Shown piece after piece: positions 36,294 to 46,029 of a stretch of DNA of 64,000 nt. Location: positions 93,269 through 157,268 of the forward strand of contig JAIEPF010000016.1 in assembly GCA_019749945.1 (NCBI GenBank), in the 5' to 3' direction. Each line of letters opens with the position of its first letter. Positions within the stretch are counted from its first letter, which is position 1. Below the pieces are notes generated by a model, which did not search any database, was not told the origin of the DNA, and saw only the letters and a program-made list of their open reading frames with translations. The position numbers and the translations under genes were made by a program. Source of the stretch: Burkholderiales bacterium. GTDB taxonomy: Bacteria > Pseudomonadota > Gammaproteobacteria > Burkholderiales > SG8-41.

Positions 36294-39200
36294 TCAGCCG
36301 CCGAGTTTGGCGAGCTGGGCGCGCATCTGCTCGAGCGTGGCCGAAAAGCGGGCCAGGCGTTCCTTTTCCTGGGCGACCACCAGCGGCGGCGCCTTGGCGA
36401 CAAAACTTTCGTTGGCGAGTTTGGCCCGGGCCTTGGTGGTTTCGCCGTCCAGCCGGGCGATTTCCTTGGTCAGGCGTTCGCGTTCGGCGGCAACGTCGAT
36501 TTCCACTTTCAGCATCAGCTTGAAGTCGCCGACGATGGACACCGGTGCGTCTTCATCCGGCAGGGTGTTGACGACCATGACTTCGGAAAGACGGGCCAGG
36601 TACATCAGATAGGGCGTGACGGCGCGCAATTGCGCCGCGTCACCCTGGGCCAGCAGCGGCAGTTTCTGCGACGGCGCCACGTTCATTTCACCGCGCAGGG
36701 TGCGACAGGCCGACACCAGCTGCTTCAGCAGGACGATGTGCCGTTCGGCGGCCTCGTCGATTTTCGCGGCTTCGGGTTGCGGGTATTTCTGCAGCATGAT
36801 GCTGGCGCCGCTTTTGCCGGCGAGCGGTGCCACCTTCTGCCACAGCTCCTCGGTGATGAACGGGATCACCGGATGCGCCAGGCGCAGGATGGTTTCGAGT
36901 ACACGCACCAGCGTGCGGCGCGTGCCGCGGTTTTGCGCTTCACTGCCGCCGGCGAGCTGCACCTTGGCCAATTCGAGGTACCAGTCGCAGTATTCGTCCC
37001 ATACCAGCTCGTAGATGGTGCGCGCGAGATTGTCAAAACGGTATTCGCGGTAGGCCTGCTGTGCTTCGGCTTCGGCGCGCTGCAACCGGCTGATCAGCCA
37101 GCGGTCCGCAGTCGTGAGTTCAACCGGCGCATCGGCATCGAGGCCGCTGTCGTTCAACCCGGTATCTTTGCCCTCACAGTTCATCATCACGAAGCGCGTG
37201 GCATTCCACAGCTTGTTGCAGAAATTGCGGTAACCCTCGCAGCGTTTCTGGTCGAACTTGATGTCGCGACCGAGGCTGGCGAGGCTGGCGAAAGTGAAAC
37301 GCAGTGCGTCGGTGCCGTAGGCGGGTATACCGTCGGGGAATTCGGCGCGGGTGCGTTTGGCGATGCTCTCGGCCTGTTTCGGATTCATCAGGCCGGCGGT
37401 GCGTTTGGCGATCAGCGCATCGATGCCGATGCCGTCGATCAGGTCCAGCGGGTCCAAGGTGTTGCCCTTGGACTTGGACATTTTCTGGCCTTCGGCGTCG
37501 CGCACCAGGCCGTGCACATAAACATGGTGAAACGGCACCTTGCCGGTCATGTACTTGGTGATCATCACCATGCGCGCGACCCAGAAGAAAATGATGTCGA
37601 AACCGGTGACCAGCACTGACGAAGGCAGGTAGAGATCGAGTGCCGGGTTCGATTTCGCCGGCCATTCCGGGGTCCAGTCGAGCGTGGAGAAACACCACAG
37701 CTGCGACGAGAACCAGGTGTCGAGCACATCGGGATCCTGCCGTAGCGGTTTGCCGCCCGACTGGCGCAGAGCTTCGGCTTCATCATGGGCGACGTAGATA
37801 TTGCCGGCATCGTCATGCCAGGCCGGCACCCGGTGGCCCCACCACAGCTGGCGCGAGATGCACCAGTCCTGGATGTTGTTGAGCCAGTGGTTGTAGGTGT
37901 TGATCCACTGCTCGGGGAACAGTTTGACTTCACCGCTGGCCACGGCGTCGAGGCCGAGTTTGGCCAGCGGCTCCATTTTGACAAACCACTGGCTGGTCAG
38001 CATCGGCTCGATGACAACGCCGGTGCGGTCGCCGCGCGGCACCACCATGCGGTGCGGCTTTTCCGATTCGAGCAGGCCCTGGGCCTTGAGGTCGGCGATG
38101 ATGGCGTCGCGCGCGACATAGCGGTCAAGGCCGCGATATTTTTCCGGGGCGCTGTCATTGATCGCCGCATCGAGCGTGAATATGTTCAGCTGCGGCAGCT
38201 TGTGGCGCAGGCCGACCTGGTAGTCGTTGAAATCGTGGGCGGGCGTGATCTTCACGCAGCCGGTGCCGAAGGCCTTGTCGACGTATTCATCGGCGATGAT
38301 CGGGATGGTGCGTCCGGTCAGCGGCAGCATCACCTGGCGGCCGATCATTGCGCGGTAACGTTCGTCCTCCGGATGCACCGCGACTGCGGCGTCACCGAGC
38401 AGGGTTTCCGGGCGGGTGGTGGCGACGGTGAGATGGCCGCTGCCGTCGGCCAGCGGATAACGGATCTGCCACAGCTTGCCGTCTTCTTCCTCCGACTGTA
38501 CTTCGAGGTCGGAAATTACCGTGTGCAGCACCGGGTCCCAGTTCGACAGGCGCAGGCCGCGATAGATCAGGCCATCGCGGTAGAGTTTGACGAAGGTGTG
38601 GGTGACGAGTTTGGCCAGTGGCTCGTCCATGGTGAAACGTTCGCGTTCCCAGTCACAGGAGGCGCCGAGGCGGCGCATCTGGCGTGTGATGGTCGATCCG
38701 GACTGTTCTTTCCATGCCCAGACTTTTTTGATGAATTCGTCGCGGCCCAGCGCGTTGCGGGACTGGCCTTGTTGCTCCAGCTGGCGGGTCACCACCATTT
38801 CGGTGGCGATGCCGGCGTGGTCGGTGCCGGGCTGCCACAGCGTGTTGTCGCCGCTCATGCGGTGATAACGCGTCAGGCCATCCATGATGGTCTGGTTGAA
38901 GGCGTGGCCCATGTGCAACACGCCGGTGACGTTCGGCGGCGGCAGCTGGATGCAGTAGGCCTTGGTATTGGTCTGGTCGAGTCCGGCCTTGAAGTAGCCG
39001 CTTTTTTCCCATAGCGGATACCAGCGCGACTCGATGGTCGCCGGTTCAAAACTTTTCGGGAGTTCCATGTGTGGTGTTGCCGGAGGGGGTGCGGGAGCGT
39101 TCGCGATTATACCGGAGGAGGTTTGTTGTCCCTCCGCCGTGGGCGCCTGCAGTTGTCTGAGTTGCGCCTGCAGGGTTTCCGCGACCGTCGTCCGCACCAG

Positions 39201-39602
39201 TTCGGCGATGCCGGATTGCAGCTCGCCGGTCACGCGTGACAGGGCCTGTTCCAGCGCGGCGCCGATTTCCGGCAGATAACGTTCCTCCACGACTTTGGCG
39301 ATCTGGTCGTTGAGTCCGCGTTTGATCCGGAGATGGACTGCGTGTTCGATGTTCTGGGCCTGTACGCGGGAGATAACAGGTGAGGCTGCGGGCCCGTCGG
39401 TTGCGCGCGGCGGATCCGGCCGCGGTTCCGCGCGGGGCAGCACTTCGCCTTCGATGACAATGTCGGTCAGGGTCGGAATTTCCGCGCCGGGATCGGTTGC
39501 GGCGGGCGCGGCAGCAGGTGCTTGGCGATGCCGCTGCAGCAGGGCATCGGCACGCTGCAGCACGTCGTCGGCGTTGTCGCCTGGGGGAGGGGTATCGGCC
39601 AT
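36294..39602 (-). CDS. valS: Valine--tRNA ligase with in-frame 178-aa N-terminal extension (core starts MELPKS at 39068)
   Basis: [14 protein letters not shown] (HIGH), [18 protein letters not shown]-terminal coiled coil. No stop between ATG 39602 and 39068. Confidence 0.93.
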   Translation of the reverse strand: MADTPPPGDNADDVLQRADALLQRHRQAPAAAPAATDPGAEIPTLTDIVIEGEVLPRAEPRPDPPRATDGPAASPVISRVQAQNIEHAVHLRIKRGLNDQIAKVVEERYLPEIGAALEQALSRVTGELQSGIAELVRTTVAETLQAQLRQLQAPTAEGQQTSSGIIANAPAPPPATPHMELPKSFEPATIESRWYPLWEKSGYFKAGLDQTNTKAYCIQLPPPNVTGVLHMGHAFNQTIMDGLTRYHRMSGDNTLWQPGTDHAGIATEMVVTRQLEQQGQSRNALGRDEFIKKVWAWKEQSGSTITRQMRRLGASCDWERERFTMDEPLAKLVTHTFVKLYRDGLIYRGLRLSNWDPVLHTVISDLEVQSEEEDGKLWQIRYPLADGSGHLTVATTRPETLLGDAAVAVHPEDERYRAMIGRQVMLPLTGRTIPIIADEYVDKAFGTGCVKITPAHDFNDYQVGLRHKLPQLNIFTLDAAINDSAPEKYRGLDRYVARDAIIADLKAQGLLESEKPHRMVVPRGDRTGVVIEPMLTSQWFVKMEPLAKLGLDAVASGEVKLFPEQWINTYNHWLNNIQDWCISRQLWWGHRVPAWHDDAGNIYVAHDEAEALRQSGGKPLRQDPDVLDTWFSSQLWCFSTLDWTPEWPAKSNPALDLYLPSSVLVTGFDIIFFWVARMVMITKYMTGKVPFHHVYVHGLVRDAEGQKMSKSKGNTLDPLDLIDGIGIDALIAKRTAGLMNPKQAESIAKRTRAEFPDGIPAYGTDALRFTFASLASLGRDIKFDQKRCEGYRNFCNKLWNATRFVMMNCEGKDTGLNDSGLDADAPVELTTADRWLISRLQRAEAEAQQAYREYRFDNLARTIYELVWDEYCDWYLELAKVQLAGGSEAQNRGTRRTLVRVLETILRLAHPVIPFITEELWQKVAPLAGKSGASIMLQKYPQPEAAKIDEAAERHIVLLKQLVSACRTLRGEMNVAPSQKLPLLAQGDAAQLRAVTPYLMYLARLSEVMVVNTLPDEDAPVSIVGDFKLMLKVEIDVAAERERLTKEIARLDGETTKARAKLANESFVAKAPPLVVAQEKERLARFSATLEQMRAQLAKLGG

Positions 39603-39673
39603 GGGTGCGCTGATGGTAACGGACGGGCGGTGTTGCACTCAACCCGTGCCGCGGCGCCCGGCCTCTCCCGTCA

Positions 39674-40102
39674 TTAAGAGGATGCGCCCGACAGGTCGTG
39701 GGTGCGGATGGTGTAACCGCGGTCGCGGTAGAACTTGTAGCGGCTGCGGGCCTGGACCCGGTCAGCATCATCGCGGGTGACGATTTCCGCCAGGCGCTGG
39801 TAGCGGCTGAAAAAAGCCGGCCATTCGCTGTGCAGGTTGATCAGCATTTCATCGTGCAGATGCGTCTCGCCGCTGCTGTCGATCAGCACCGGCGTGACGG
39901 CGGCCAGTTTGTCGTCCGGCGCGCAGTGCGGCAGGAAGCCGGTGGCCGGCACCGTCCACAGCAGCCGGTCGAGGCGCGACGCGGTGTCGTGATCCGGGCA
40001 GTACAGGGTCACGCGCAGGCCGTGACTGCGCGCCTTCGCCGTCAGCCGGCACGCGGTATGCAGCCGGTCGCCGGCCTGGGTGTAAAAATCGATCTGCGTC
40101 AT
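39674..40102 (-). CDS. holC: DNA polymerase III chi subunit
   Basis: MTQIDFY, LDRLLW...FLPH, ARSRYKFYRDRGY; pepA-holC-valS synteny. Confidence 0.95.
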   Translation of the reverse strand: MTQIDFYTQAGDRLHTACRLTAKARSHGLRVTLYCPDHDTASRLDRLLWTVPATGFLPHCAPDDKLAAVTPVLIDSSGETHLHDEMLINLHSEWPAFFSRYQRLAEIVTRDDADRVQARSRYKFYRDRGYTIRTHDLSGASS

Positions 40103-40120
40103 CGACGGAGTTGCTGCAGA

Positions 40121-41614
40121 TCAGCGTTTGTCCGCCCGGTTGATCAGGAATTGCGTCAGCAGCGGCACCGGGCGGCCGGTAGAGCCTTTTTCGCGTCCGG
40201 ATTTCCACGCGGTGCCGGCGACGTCGAGATGCGCCCAGTGATATTTTTTGGTGAAGCGGGAGAGGAAACAGGCCGCGGTCACGGCACCGGCGGGGCGGCC
40301 GCCGATGTTGGCGAAATCGGCGAAGTTGCTGCGCAGCTGTTCCTGGTATTCATCGTGCAGCGGCAGGTGCCAGGCGCCGTCGCCGGCGATTTCACCCGCG
40401 GCCAGCACTTCGCGCGCCAGCGGATCGTTGTTGGCAAACAGCCCGCTCACCACGTGGCCGAGCGCGATGACGCAGGCGCCGGTGAGTGTGGCGATGTCGA
40501 TGACCGCTGCCGGCTGGTAACGCTCGGCGTAGGTCAGTGCATCGCACAGGATCAGGCGGCCTTCGGCGTCGGTGTTGAGGATTTCCACGGTCTGGCCCGA
40601 CATGCTGGTGACGATGTCGCCGGGCTTGGTGGCGCGCCCGCCGGGCATGTTTTCGGTGGCGGGAATGATGCCGACCATGTTCACCGGCAGTTTCATCTCG
40701 GCGATGGCCTTGATGGTGCCCAGCACGCTGCCGGCGCCGCTCATGTCGAACTTCATTTCGTCCATTTCCGGCGCCGGCTTGATCGAAATGCCACCGGTGT
40801 CGAAAGTGACGCCCTTGCCGACCAGCACCACCGGTTTTTGCGACTTCGGCCCGTTGCTGTATTCGATGACGATCAGTTTCGGCGGCTCGCTGCTGCCGGC
40901 CGCCACCGACAACAGCGTGTTCATGCCGAGTTTTTTCATGTCGGCGCGTTCGAGCACCTGGATTTTCAGGCGGTAGTGTTTGGCGAGTTTGCGCGCTGCG
41001 TCGGCGAGGTAGCTTGGCGTGCAGACATTGCCCGGCAGGTTGCCGAGGTCGCGGGCGAGGTTCACGCCATGGGCGAGGGCGAGTCCGCGACTGAGGCCGC
41101 GTGCGGCGCGTTTGACGTCGCCCTGGGCCTTTACCGATATCACGGCCTTGCTCAATGCCGGTGCGGCTTTTTCCGGCTTGCTTTTCATCTGTTCGAAACG
41201 GTAGATCGCGGTGCGGGCTGCGCAGGCGGCGTGCATCACCTTCCATTCGACGTCGCGCCGGCTGACGCTGAGCTCGGCAAAATGCAGTTCGACATCAGCC
41301 GTTCCGGTATTGGCGAGGGCATTGATGGCTGCGCTGACGCTGCGGCGGAACTGTTTATCCCCGAATTCGGCTTGCGGGCCCAGCCCGACCAGCAGTACGC
41401 GCGCGCTGGCGATGCCGGGTACGTCGTGCAGCAGCAGCGTGGTGCCGATGAGGCCTTCCATGTCGCCGCGTTGCAGCAGCCGCTTCAGGTAACCTTTGGT
41501 GCTGCGATCGAGCGCCGTGGCGGCGCCGCTGAGTGTTCTGCCGGCATACACGCCGACCACGGTGCAGCCGCTGGCGTTGCGGCCCGGTACAAGGGGTTTT
41601 ATGCTAAATTCCAC
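40121..41614 (-). CDS. pepA: Leucyl aminopeptidase
   Basis: [33 protein letters not shown]. Confidence 0.96.
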   Translation of the reverse strand: MEFSIKPLVPGRNASGCTVVGVYAGRTLSGAATALDRSTKGYLKRLLQRGDMEGLIGTTLLLHDVPGIASARVLLVGLGPQAEFGDKQFRRSVSAAINALANTGTADVELHFAELSVSRRDVEWKVMHAACAARTAIYRFEQMKSKPEKAAPALSKAVISVKAQGDVKRAARGLSRGLALAHGVNLARDLGNLPGNVCTPSYLADAARKLAKHYRLKIQVLERADMKKLGMNTLLSVAAGSSEPPKLIVIEYSNGPKSQKPVVLVGKGVTFDTGGISIKPAPEMDEMKFDMSGAGSVLGTIKAIAEMKLPVNMVGIIPATENMPGGRATKPGDIVTSMSGQTVEILNTDAEGRLILCDALTYAERYQPAAVIDIATLTGACVIALGHVVSGLFANNDPLAREVLAAGEIAGDGAWHLPLHDEYQEQLRSNFADFANIGGRPAGAVTAACFLSRFTKKYHWAHLDVAGTAWKSGREKGSTGRPVPLLTQFLINRADKR

Positions 41615-41800
41615 GCGTCAACTCCTGTGCGTATTACGAGCTTGTCAAGAACATGTTGGCGGTCAGTGTCGCGCGGCATTTTGTGCGGAGCCGGCCATCG
41701 TGACCATCGCTGACTTTTGGCGGCATGCAAGGCAACACACCGGTATCCAAAGTCGTTCATTGATTATCTGCGCGTTCTTTTCAAAAAGCAAAATGCCGGC

Positions 41801-42880
41801 ATGATTTTCCGGGCTGCATTGCTGCGCGAACTTGCGACCTCGGCGGTGGCGATATTCCTGGTGCTGCTCGGCATTTCCATTACCACCCAGCTGGTGCGCC
41901 TGCTCGGCCAGGCAGCCAGCGGATTGATCACGTCCACGGGTGTCGTTGCATTGCTCGGGTTTACGCTGGTCGGCTACCTGCCGATCCTGCTGTCGGTGAC
42001 CCTGTTCATCGCTGTGCTGATGACGCTGACCCGCAGTTACCGGGATTCGGAAATGGTGGTGTGGTTTTCCTGCGGTCTGGGGCTGACCCGCTGGATCCGC
42101 CCGGTGCTGACGTTTTCCCTGCCGCTGGTGCTGACGATTGCGCTGCTGTCGCTGCTGCTGTCGCCCTGGGCCGTGCAGAAGGCGGAGGATTTCCGCCGGC
42201 AGATGGACAGCCGGGACGAAGTGGCGCAGGTGACCCCTGGTGTATTTCACGAGTCACGCCGGGCCGACCGGGTCTACCTGGTCGAGGAGGTTGCCGGCAA
42301 GGCGAACCTGGTGGCCAATGTGTTTGTCAGTTCGACACAGAACGGCAAGCTGGGCGTGATGGTTGCGCAAAGCGGTTTCCAGGAAACCGCTGCCAACGGC
42401 GACCGTTTCCTGGTGCTGCTCAACGGCCGGCGCTACGAGGGAGAGCCGGGCTCCCCCGAATACAAGATTTTCGAGTTCGGACGTTATGCGATGCGCATCG
42501 AGACCGCGGAATCCGCGTTGCGCGCACCCACCACCAAGACCATGTCGACCCTGGAGCTGATAAGTGATCCCCAGCCGCGCAACCTCGGCGAGCTGTCCTG
42601 GCGTGTGGGCCTGCCGGCGAGCGCGCTGATTTTATGCCTGCTCGCCATTCCGCTGTCGTTCGTGAATCCCGGGGCGGGCCGTTCAATGAACATCGTGCTG
42701 GCAATCCTGGTGTACATGATTTACAGCAACCTGCTGTCGATCATGCAGGCATCGATCGCGCAGTCCCGGATTGATTTCCTTGCCGGCATGTGGGGTGTGC
42801 ATGTCGCCATGGTGCTGCTGCTGCTGGGGATGTTCTACCAGAGGTTGTCGGTGTTTTCGGTCTGGCGGTTGCTGCGGTGA
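41801..42880 (+). CDS. lptF: LPS export permease LptF
   Basis: MIFRAALLRE, RSYRDSEMVVW, LAIPLSFVNP; divergent from pepA. Confidence 0.93.
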   Translation: MIFRAALLRELATSAVAIFLVLLGISITTQLVRLLGQAASGLITSTGVVALLGFTLVGYLPILLSVTLFIAVLMTLTRSYRDSEMVVWFSCGLGLTRWIRPVLTFSLPLVLTIALLSLLLSPWAVQKAEDFRRQMDSRDEVAQVTPGVFHESRRADRVYLVEEVAGKANLVANVFVSSTQNGKLGVMVAQSGFQETAANGDRFLVLLNGRRYEGEPGSPEYKIFEFGRYAMRIETAESALRAPTTKTMSTLELISDPQPRNLGELSWRVGLPASALILCLLAIPLSFVNPGAGRSMNIVLAILVYMIYSNLLSIMQASIAQSRIDFLAGMWGVHVAMVLLLLGMFYQRLSVFSVWRLLR

Positions 42881-43950
42881 GGACGCTGCGCAGCTATGTG
42901 GCGCGGGAAGTCGTGATGGCGACGCTGCTGGTGTTTGTCGCGCTGCTGCTGCTGTTCGCGTTTTTTGATCTGGTGGAACAGATGAAGGATCTCGGGCGCG
43001 GCGGCTACCAGCTGCGCCACATCGTGTTGCACGTGCTGTTGTCCGCGCCGAACCATGTCTATGAGCTGTTTCCGATTGCCGCGTTGATCGGCACGCTGTT
43101 TGCGCTGGCGCAGCTGGTCGCCAGTTCTGAATACACGGTGATGCGTGCCTCGGGCGTGTCCCTGGCGCGCATGGTGGGGGCTCTTGCCACGGTGGGCGCG
43201 GCGTTCGGCGTGCTGACATTTATAGTCGGCGAATTTGTTGCGCCCCCCGCGGAGCAGTACGCGCAGCGGCTGCGTTCGCAGGCGATTTCCGGCATTGTGG
43301 CGCAGGAATTCCGCTCCGGTTTGTGGATCAAGGACGGCACCGCGTTTGTGAATGTTCTGGAGGTCACGCCCTCCGGCGGGCTCAAGGGGGTGCGAATTTA
43401 CGATTTTGATGCCGACTACCGCCTGCGCAATCTCCGGTTTGCGGCAAGTGCGGAGTACAAAGGCGCCAATCGCTGGGAGTTGATGGATGTCGCACAAACC
43501 ACTTTTGAAGGGCTGAAAACGCGGGTGAGCAAAATTGAGAGCATGGGCTGGCAGTCGGTGCTGGAGCCGGCACTGCTCACCGTGTTGCTGGTCAAGCCCG
43601 AAAAAATGTCGGCGTGGAGCCTGTACTCGTATTCTCAGCATCTCAAGGAAAACCGGCAGAAAGCGCTGCGTTACGAGATCGCCCTTTGGATCAAGTTGCT
43701 CTATCCGGTGGCGGTGCTGGTGATGATGGTGCTGGCGCTGCCGTTTGCCTATTTCCAGAACCGTCAGGGCGGCGTCGGCGCCAAGCTGTTTGCCGGCATC
43801 ATGCTGGGACTGGCATTTCATTTCCTCAATCGCCTGTTCGGGCACCTGGGCCTGCTTTATGACTGGCCGCCGTTCACCAGCGCGGTGGTGCCGACGCTGC
43901 TGTTTCTCAGCATCGCGCTGGGCATGATGTGGTGGCAGGAGCGGCGCTGA
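42877..43950 (+). CDS. lptG: LPS export permease LptG
   Basis: GTGA overlap with lptF; SSEYTVMRASGVS, GLWIKDG, ALPFAY. Confidence 0.93.
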   Translation: MRTLRSYVAREVVMATLLVFVALLLLFAFFDLVEQMKDLGRGGYQLRHIVLHVLLSAPNHVYELFPIAALIGTLFALAQLVASSEYTVMRASGVSLARMVGALATVGAAFGVLTFIVGEFVAPPAEQYAQRLRSQAISGIVAQEFRSGLWIKDGTAFVNVLEVTPSGGLKGVRIYDFDADYRLRNLRFAASAEYKGANRWELMDVAQTTFEGLKTRVSKIESMGWQSVLEPALLTVLLVKPEKMSAWSLYSYSQHLKENRQKALRYEIALWIKLLYPVAVLVMMVLALPFAYFQNRQGGVGAKLFAGIMLGLAFHFLNRLFGHLGLLYDWPPFTSAVVPTLLFLSIALGMMWWQERR

Positions 43951-43959
43951 GCTTGCGCA

Positions 43960-44379
43960 CTATGCGCAGCTGACCAGCCGGGTTCCGGCCAGCCGGTCGT
44001 GCAGAAACTGGCGGTCACGGTCAATGAGCGCCCAGATGACCGATATGCCGAGCAGCAGATAACCTGCGGTCGCGAGGAGGGCGCGCAGCAAGGCCCTGGG
44101 CACGGCGACGCGCATGCCGTCCACGGTTTCGAGGCGCATGCGCCAGGTTTTCATCGGCAGCGTCTGGCCGCGGTAATGCCATTGCCAGGCAAAATAAGCA
44201 GTACATGCGGTGATGGCGATAACCCGGGTGAACAGCCGCGTGTACGCCGGATTGGTGATTTGCGCCAGTGCTGCAGCCATGCCGCCGGCCAGCAGTGCGA
44301 CGGCAATCAGCAGCAAAATCTCGTAGACGAGGCTGAGCAGGCGCCTGCCGATGCCCGGCGTCTTGGCATGTCCTGTCAC
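43960..44379 (-). CDS. RDD-family membrane protein
   Basis: RRLLSLVYE, GQTLPMKTW, QFLHDRLAGT. Confidence 0.9.
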   Translation of the reverse strand: MTGHAKTPGIGRRLLSLVYEILLLIAVALLAGGMAAALAQITNPAYTRLFTRVIAITACTAYFAWQWHYRGQTLPMKTWRMRLETVDGMRVAVPRALLRALLATAGYLLLGISVIWALIDRDRQFLHDRLAGTRLVSCA

Positions 44380-44855
44380 TGACGCTGGGCTGAAGGTGCC
44401 GGAGCAGGGCCGGCGCCCGGTGTGATCAGATCGCTGACCGGCGGATCAAACTGGGTTTCGGGTTGGGCCAGCGAATTCTTGTAATCGCGGTATTGTTTGG
44501 CCATTTCGCGGCGCTGTTCCGGGGTCAGTTTTTTCAGTTCCTTGTAACGATCCCGTGCCGCCTGGCGTTGCGCGGGTGTCAGCGCCGCCCAGTCTTTCAT
44601 CCGTTTCTGCAGCCGTTGCTGTTCGGCAGGCTTCATTTTCGGATAACGGTTGGCGATGTCCACCCATTTTTTGCGCCTTGCCGAATCCATTTCGGACCAC
44701 TCTGCGGCGAGGGGGGCGAGCACCTGTTGCTGGGCCGGCGCGAGTTCCGACCAGGCCGGCCGTGCGGGTTTAGTGCTCTGTTTTGCGGGCTGTGCGGCGA
44801 CGGCGGGAAGCGCAAGGCATAGCCAGAGGGTCAGCGCGATTGCCGTTTTAGCCAT
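44376..44855 (-). CDS. DUF3106-like periplasmic protein
   Basis: Signal peptide and repeated W..L.P.Q helices; in the ECF sigma cluster. Confidence 0.85.
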   Translation of the reverse strand: MAKTAIALTLWLCLALPAVAAQPAKQSTKPARPAWSELAPAQQQVLAPLAAEWSEMDSARRKKWVDIANRYPKMKPAEQQRLQKRMKDWAALTPAQRQAARDRYKELKKLTPEQRREMAKQYRDYKNSLAQPETQFDPPVSDLITPGAGPAPAPSAQRQ

Positions 44856-45217
44856 GAATCGAAGCCTTTGTCGAGGTAGGCATCGATCGGCAGATCGTCT
44901 GTCAGCAAGCGGACATCAAGATCGGCCAATTCATTGTTTTGCCAGTTGCCGGACTGCCAGTAAGCGATGCCGGTCAGGCCGATGATCAGCAAGGCGATGG
45001 GCAGTGCGTAGCGCAAGCCTGCTGCCGGCCGTTCACCATTTCGCGAAGTCCACGAACCCGCCCAGGCGAGTTTCCAGCCCGGCGCTACGTGATATTCCGC
45101 AAGTGCCTGTTCGCGTGCTGCGGCCAGTCGCGCCACGGTTTCGCCGCCCATGTCGCGGGTGCCGCGGTCGAGCACACGGGCGATTTTTTGCGCGGTCTCG
45201 TGTTCATGGGCATTCAT
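44831..45217 (-). CDS. DUF3619-like single-pass protein (probable anti-sigma)
   Basis: RLAAAREQAL, one TM, LLTDDLPIDAYLDKGF. Confidence 0.85.
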   Translation of the reverse strand: MNAHEHETAQKIARVLDRGTRDMGGETVARLAAAREQALAEYHVAPGWKLAWAGSWTSRNGERPAAGLRYALPIALLIIGLTGIAYWQSGNWQNNELADLDVRLLTDDLPIDAYLDKGFDSWLKRQSR

Positions 45218-45780
45218 AACTCAATTCCCTGTTTTTTGAGCAAAATTGCCAAAGCATGTGTTGCCCGGGAGCAATGCGTTTTTACGCTACCCTCGGAGCA
45301 TCCCATGGCTTTAGCGGCTTCGGCGACATCCAGTTCCTCCCAGTAACGCAACATGAACGCCTGACGTTGACGCAACGGCAGGGTTGCCACAGCTTTTTCA
45401 ATAAAATCAAGAACTTGTTTTTGCTCAAGCTGCTCCGCGGGGCGGTTGGCGGCTTTTGAGGTGTTGTCGACCTCCAAGGTTTCCAAGGGATCATAGTCTT
45501 CGTCGGCGTCGCTGCCAAACAGTGTGCTGAGCGGGGTGAGCCAGGCGGAGCGCACTTTCTGGCGGCGGAAGAAGTCGCGAATGGCATTCTGCAGGATACG
45601 CTGGAACAGCATCGGGAACTCGGTGACGGGACGATCCGAGTATTTCTCCGAGAGCTTGAGCATGGCGTCCTGCACGATATCCAGCGCAAGATGTTCATCC
45701 CGTACGGAAAATACCGCCTGCTTGAACGCCCTGCGCTCGACTCCAGCCAGGAAATCCGCGAGTTCCTTGTAAGTGGCCAG
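45214..45780 (-). CDS. ECF RNA polymerase sigma factor (probable CTG start)
   Basis: LATYKELADFLAGVERRAFK, DIVQDAMLKL, LPLRQRQAF, MGCSEGSVKTHCSRA. Confidence 0.9.
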   Translation of the reverse strand: MATYKELADFLAGVERRAFKQAVFSVRDEHLALDIVQDAMLKLSEKYSDRPVTEFPMLFQRILQNAIRDFFRRQKVRSAWLTPLSTLFGSDADEDYDPLETLEVDNTSKAANRPAEQLEQKQVLDFIEKAVATLPLRQRQAFMLRYWEELDVAEAAKAMGCSEGSVKTHCSRATHALAILLKKQGIEL

Positions 45781-46029
45781 CTGGTTGCCTTTTTTTATGT
45801 GCCGGTGCCGGTGGTGGCGCTGCGGGGCCCGGAAGTCCCTGAATCCGCGGCATCTTAGCAAAACACCGAGTTGAGGCAAGCGTTGTTTACCATGCGCTGC
45901 AAACGCTTGTATCCTGCTGTTTACAGGGATATTTTGCTTGACCAGCAAGGTCCGGCGCGGTAATGTTTCAAGTTTCCTCCTCACCTTAAAACCCGCGTTG
46001 AGCGTTCCAACGTGAGCGGGTCCAAAATC

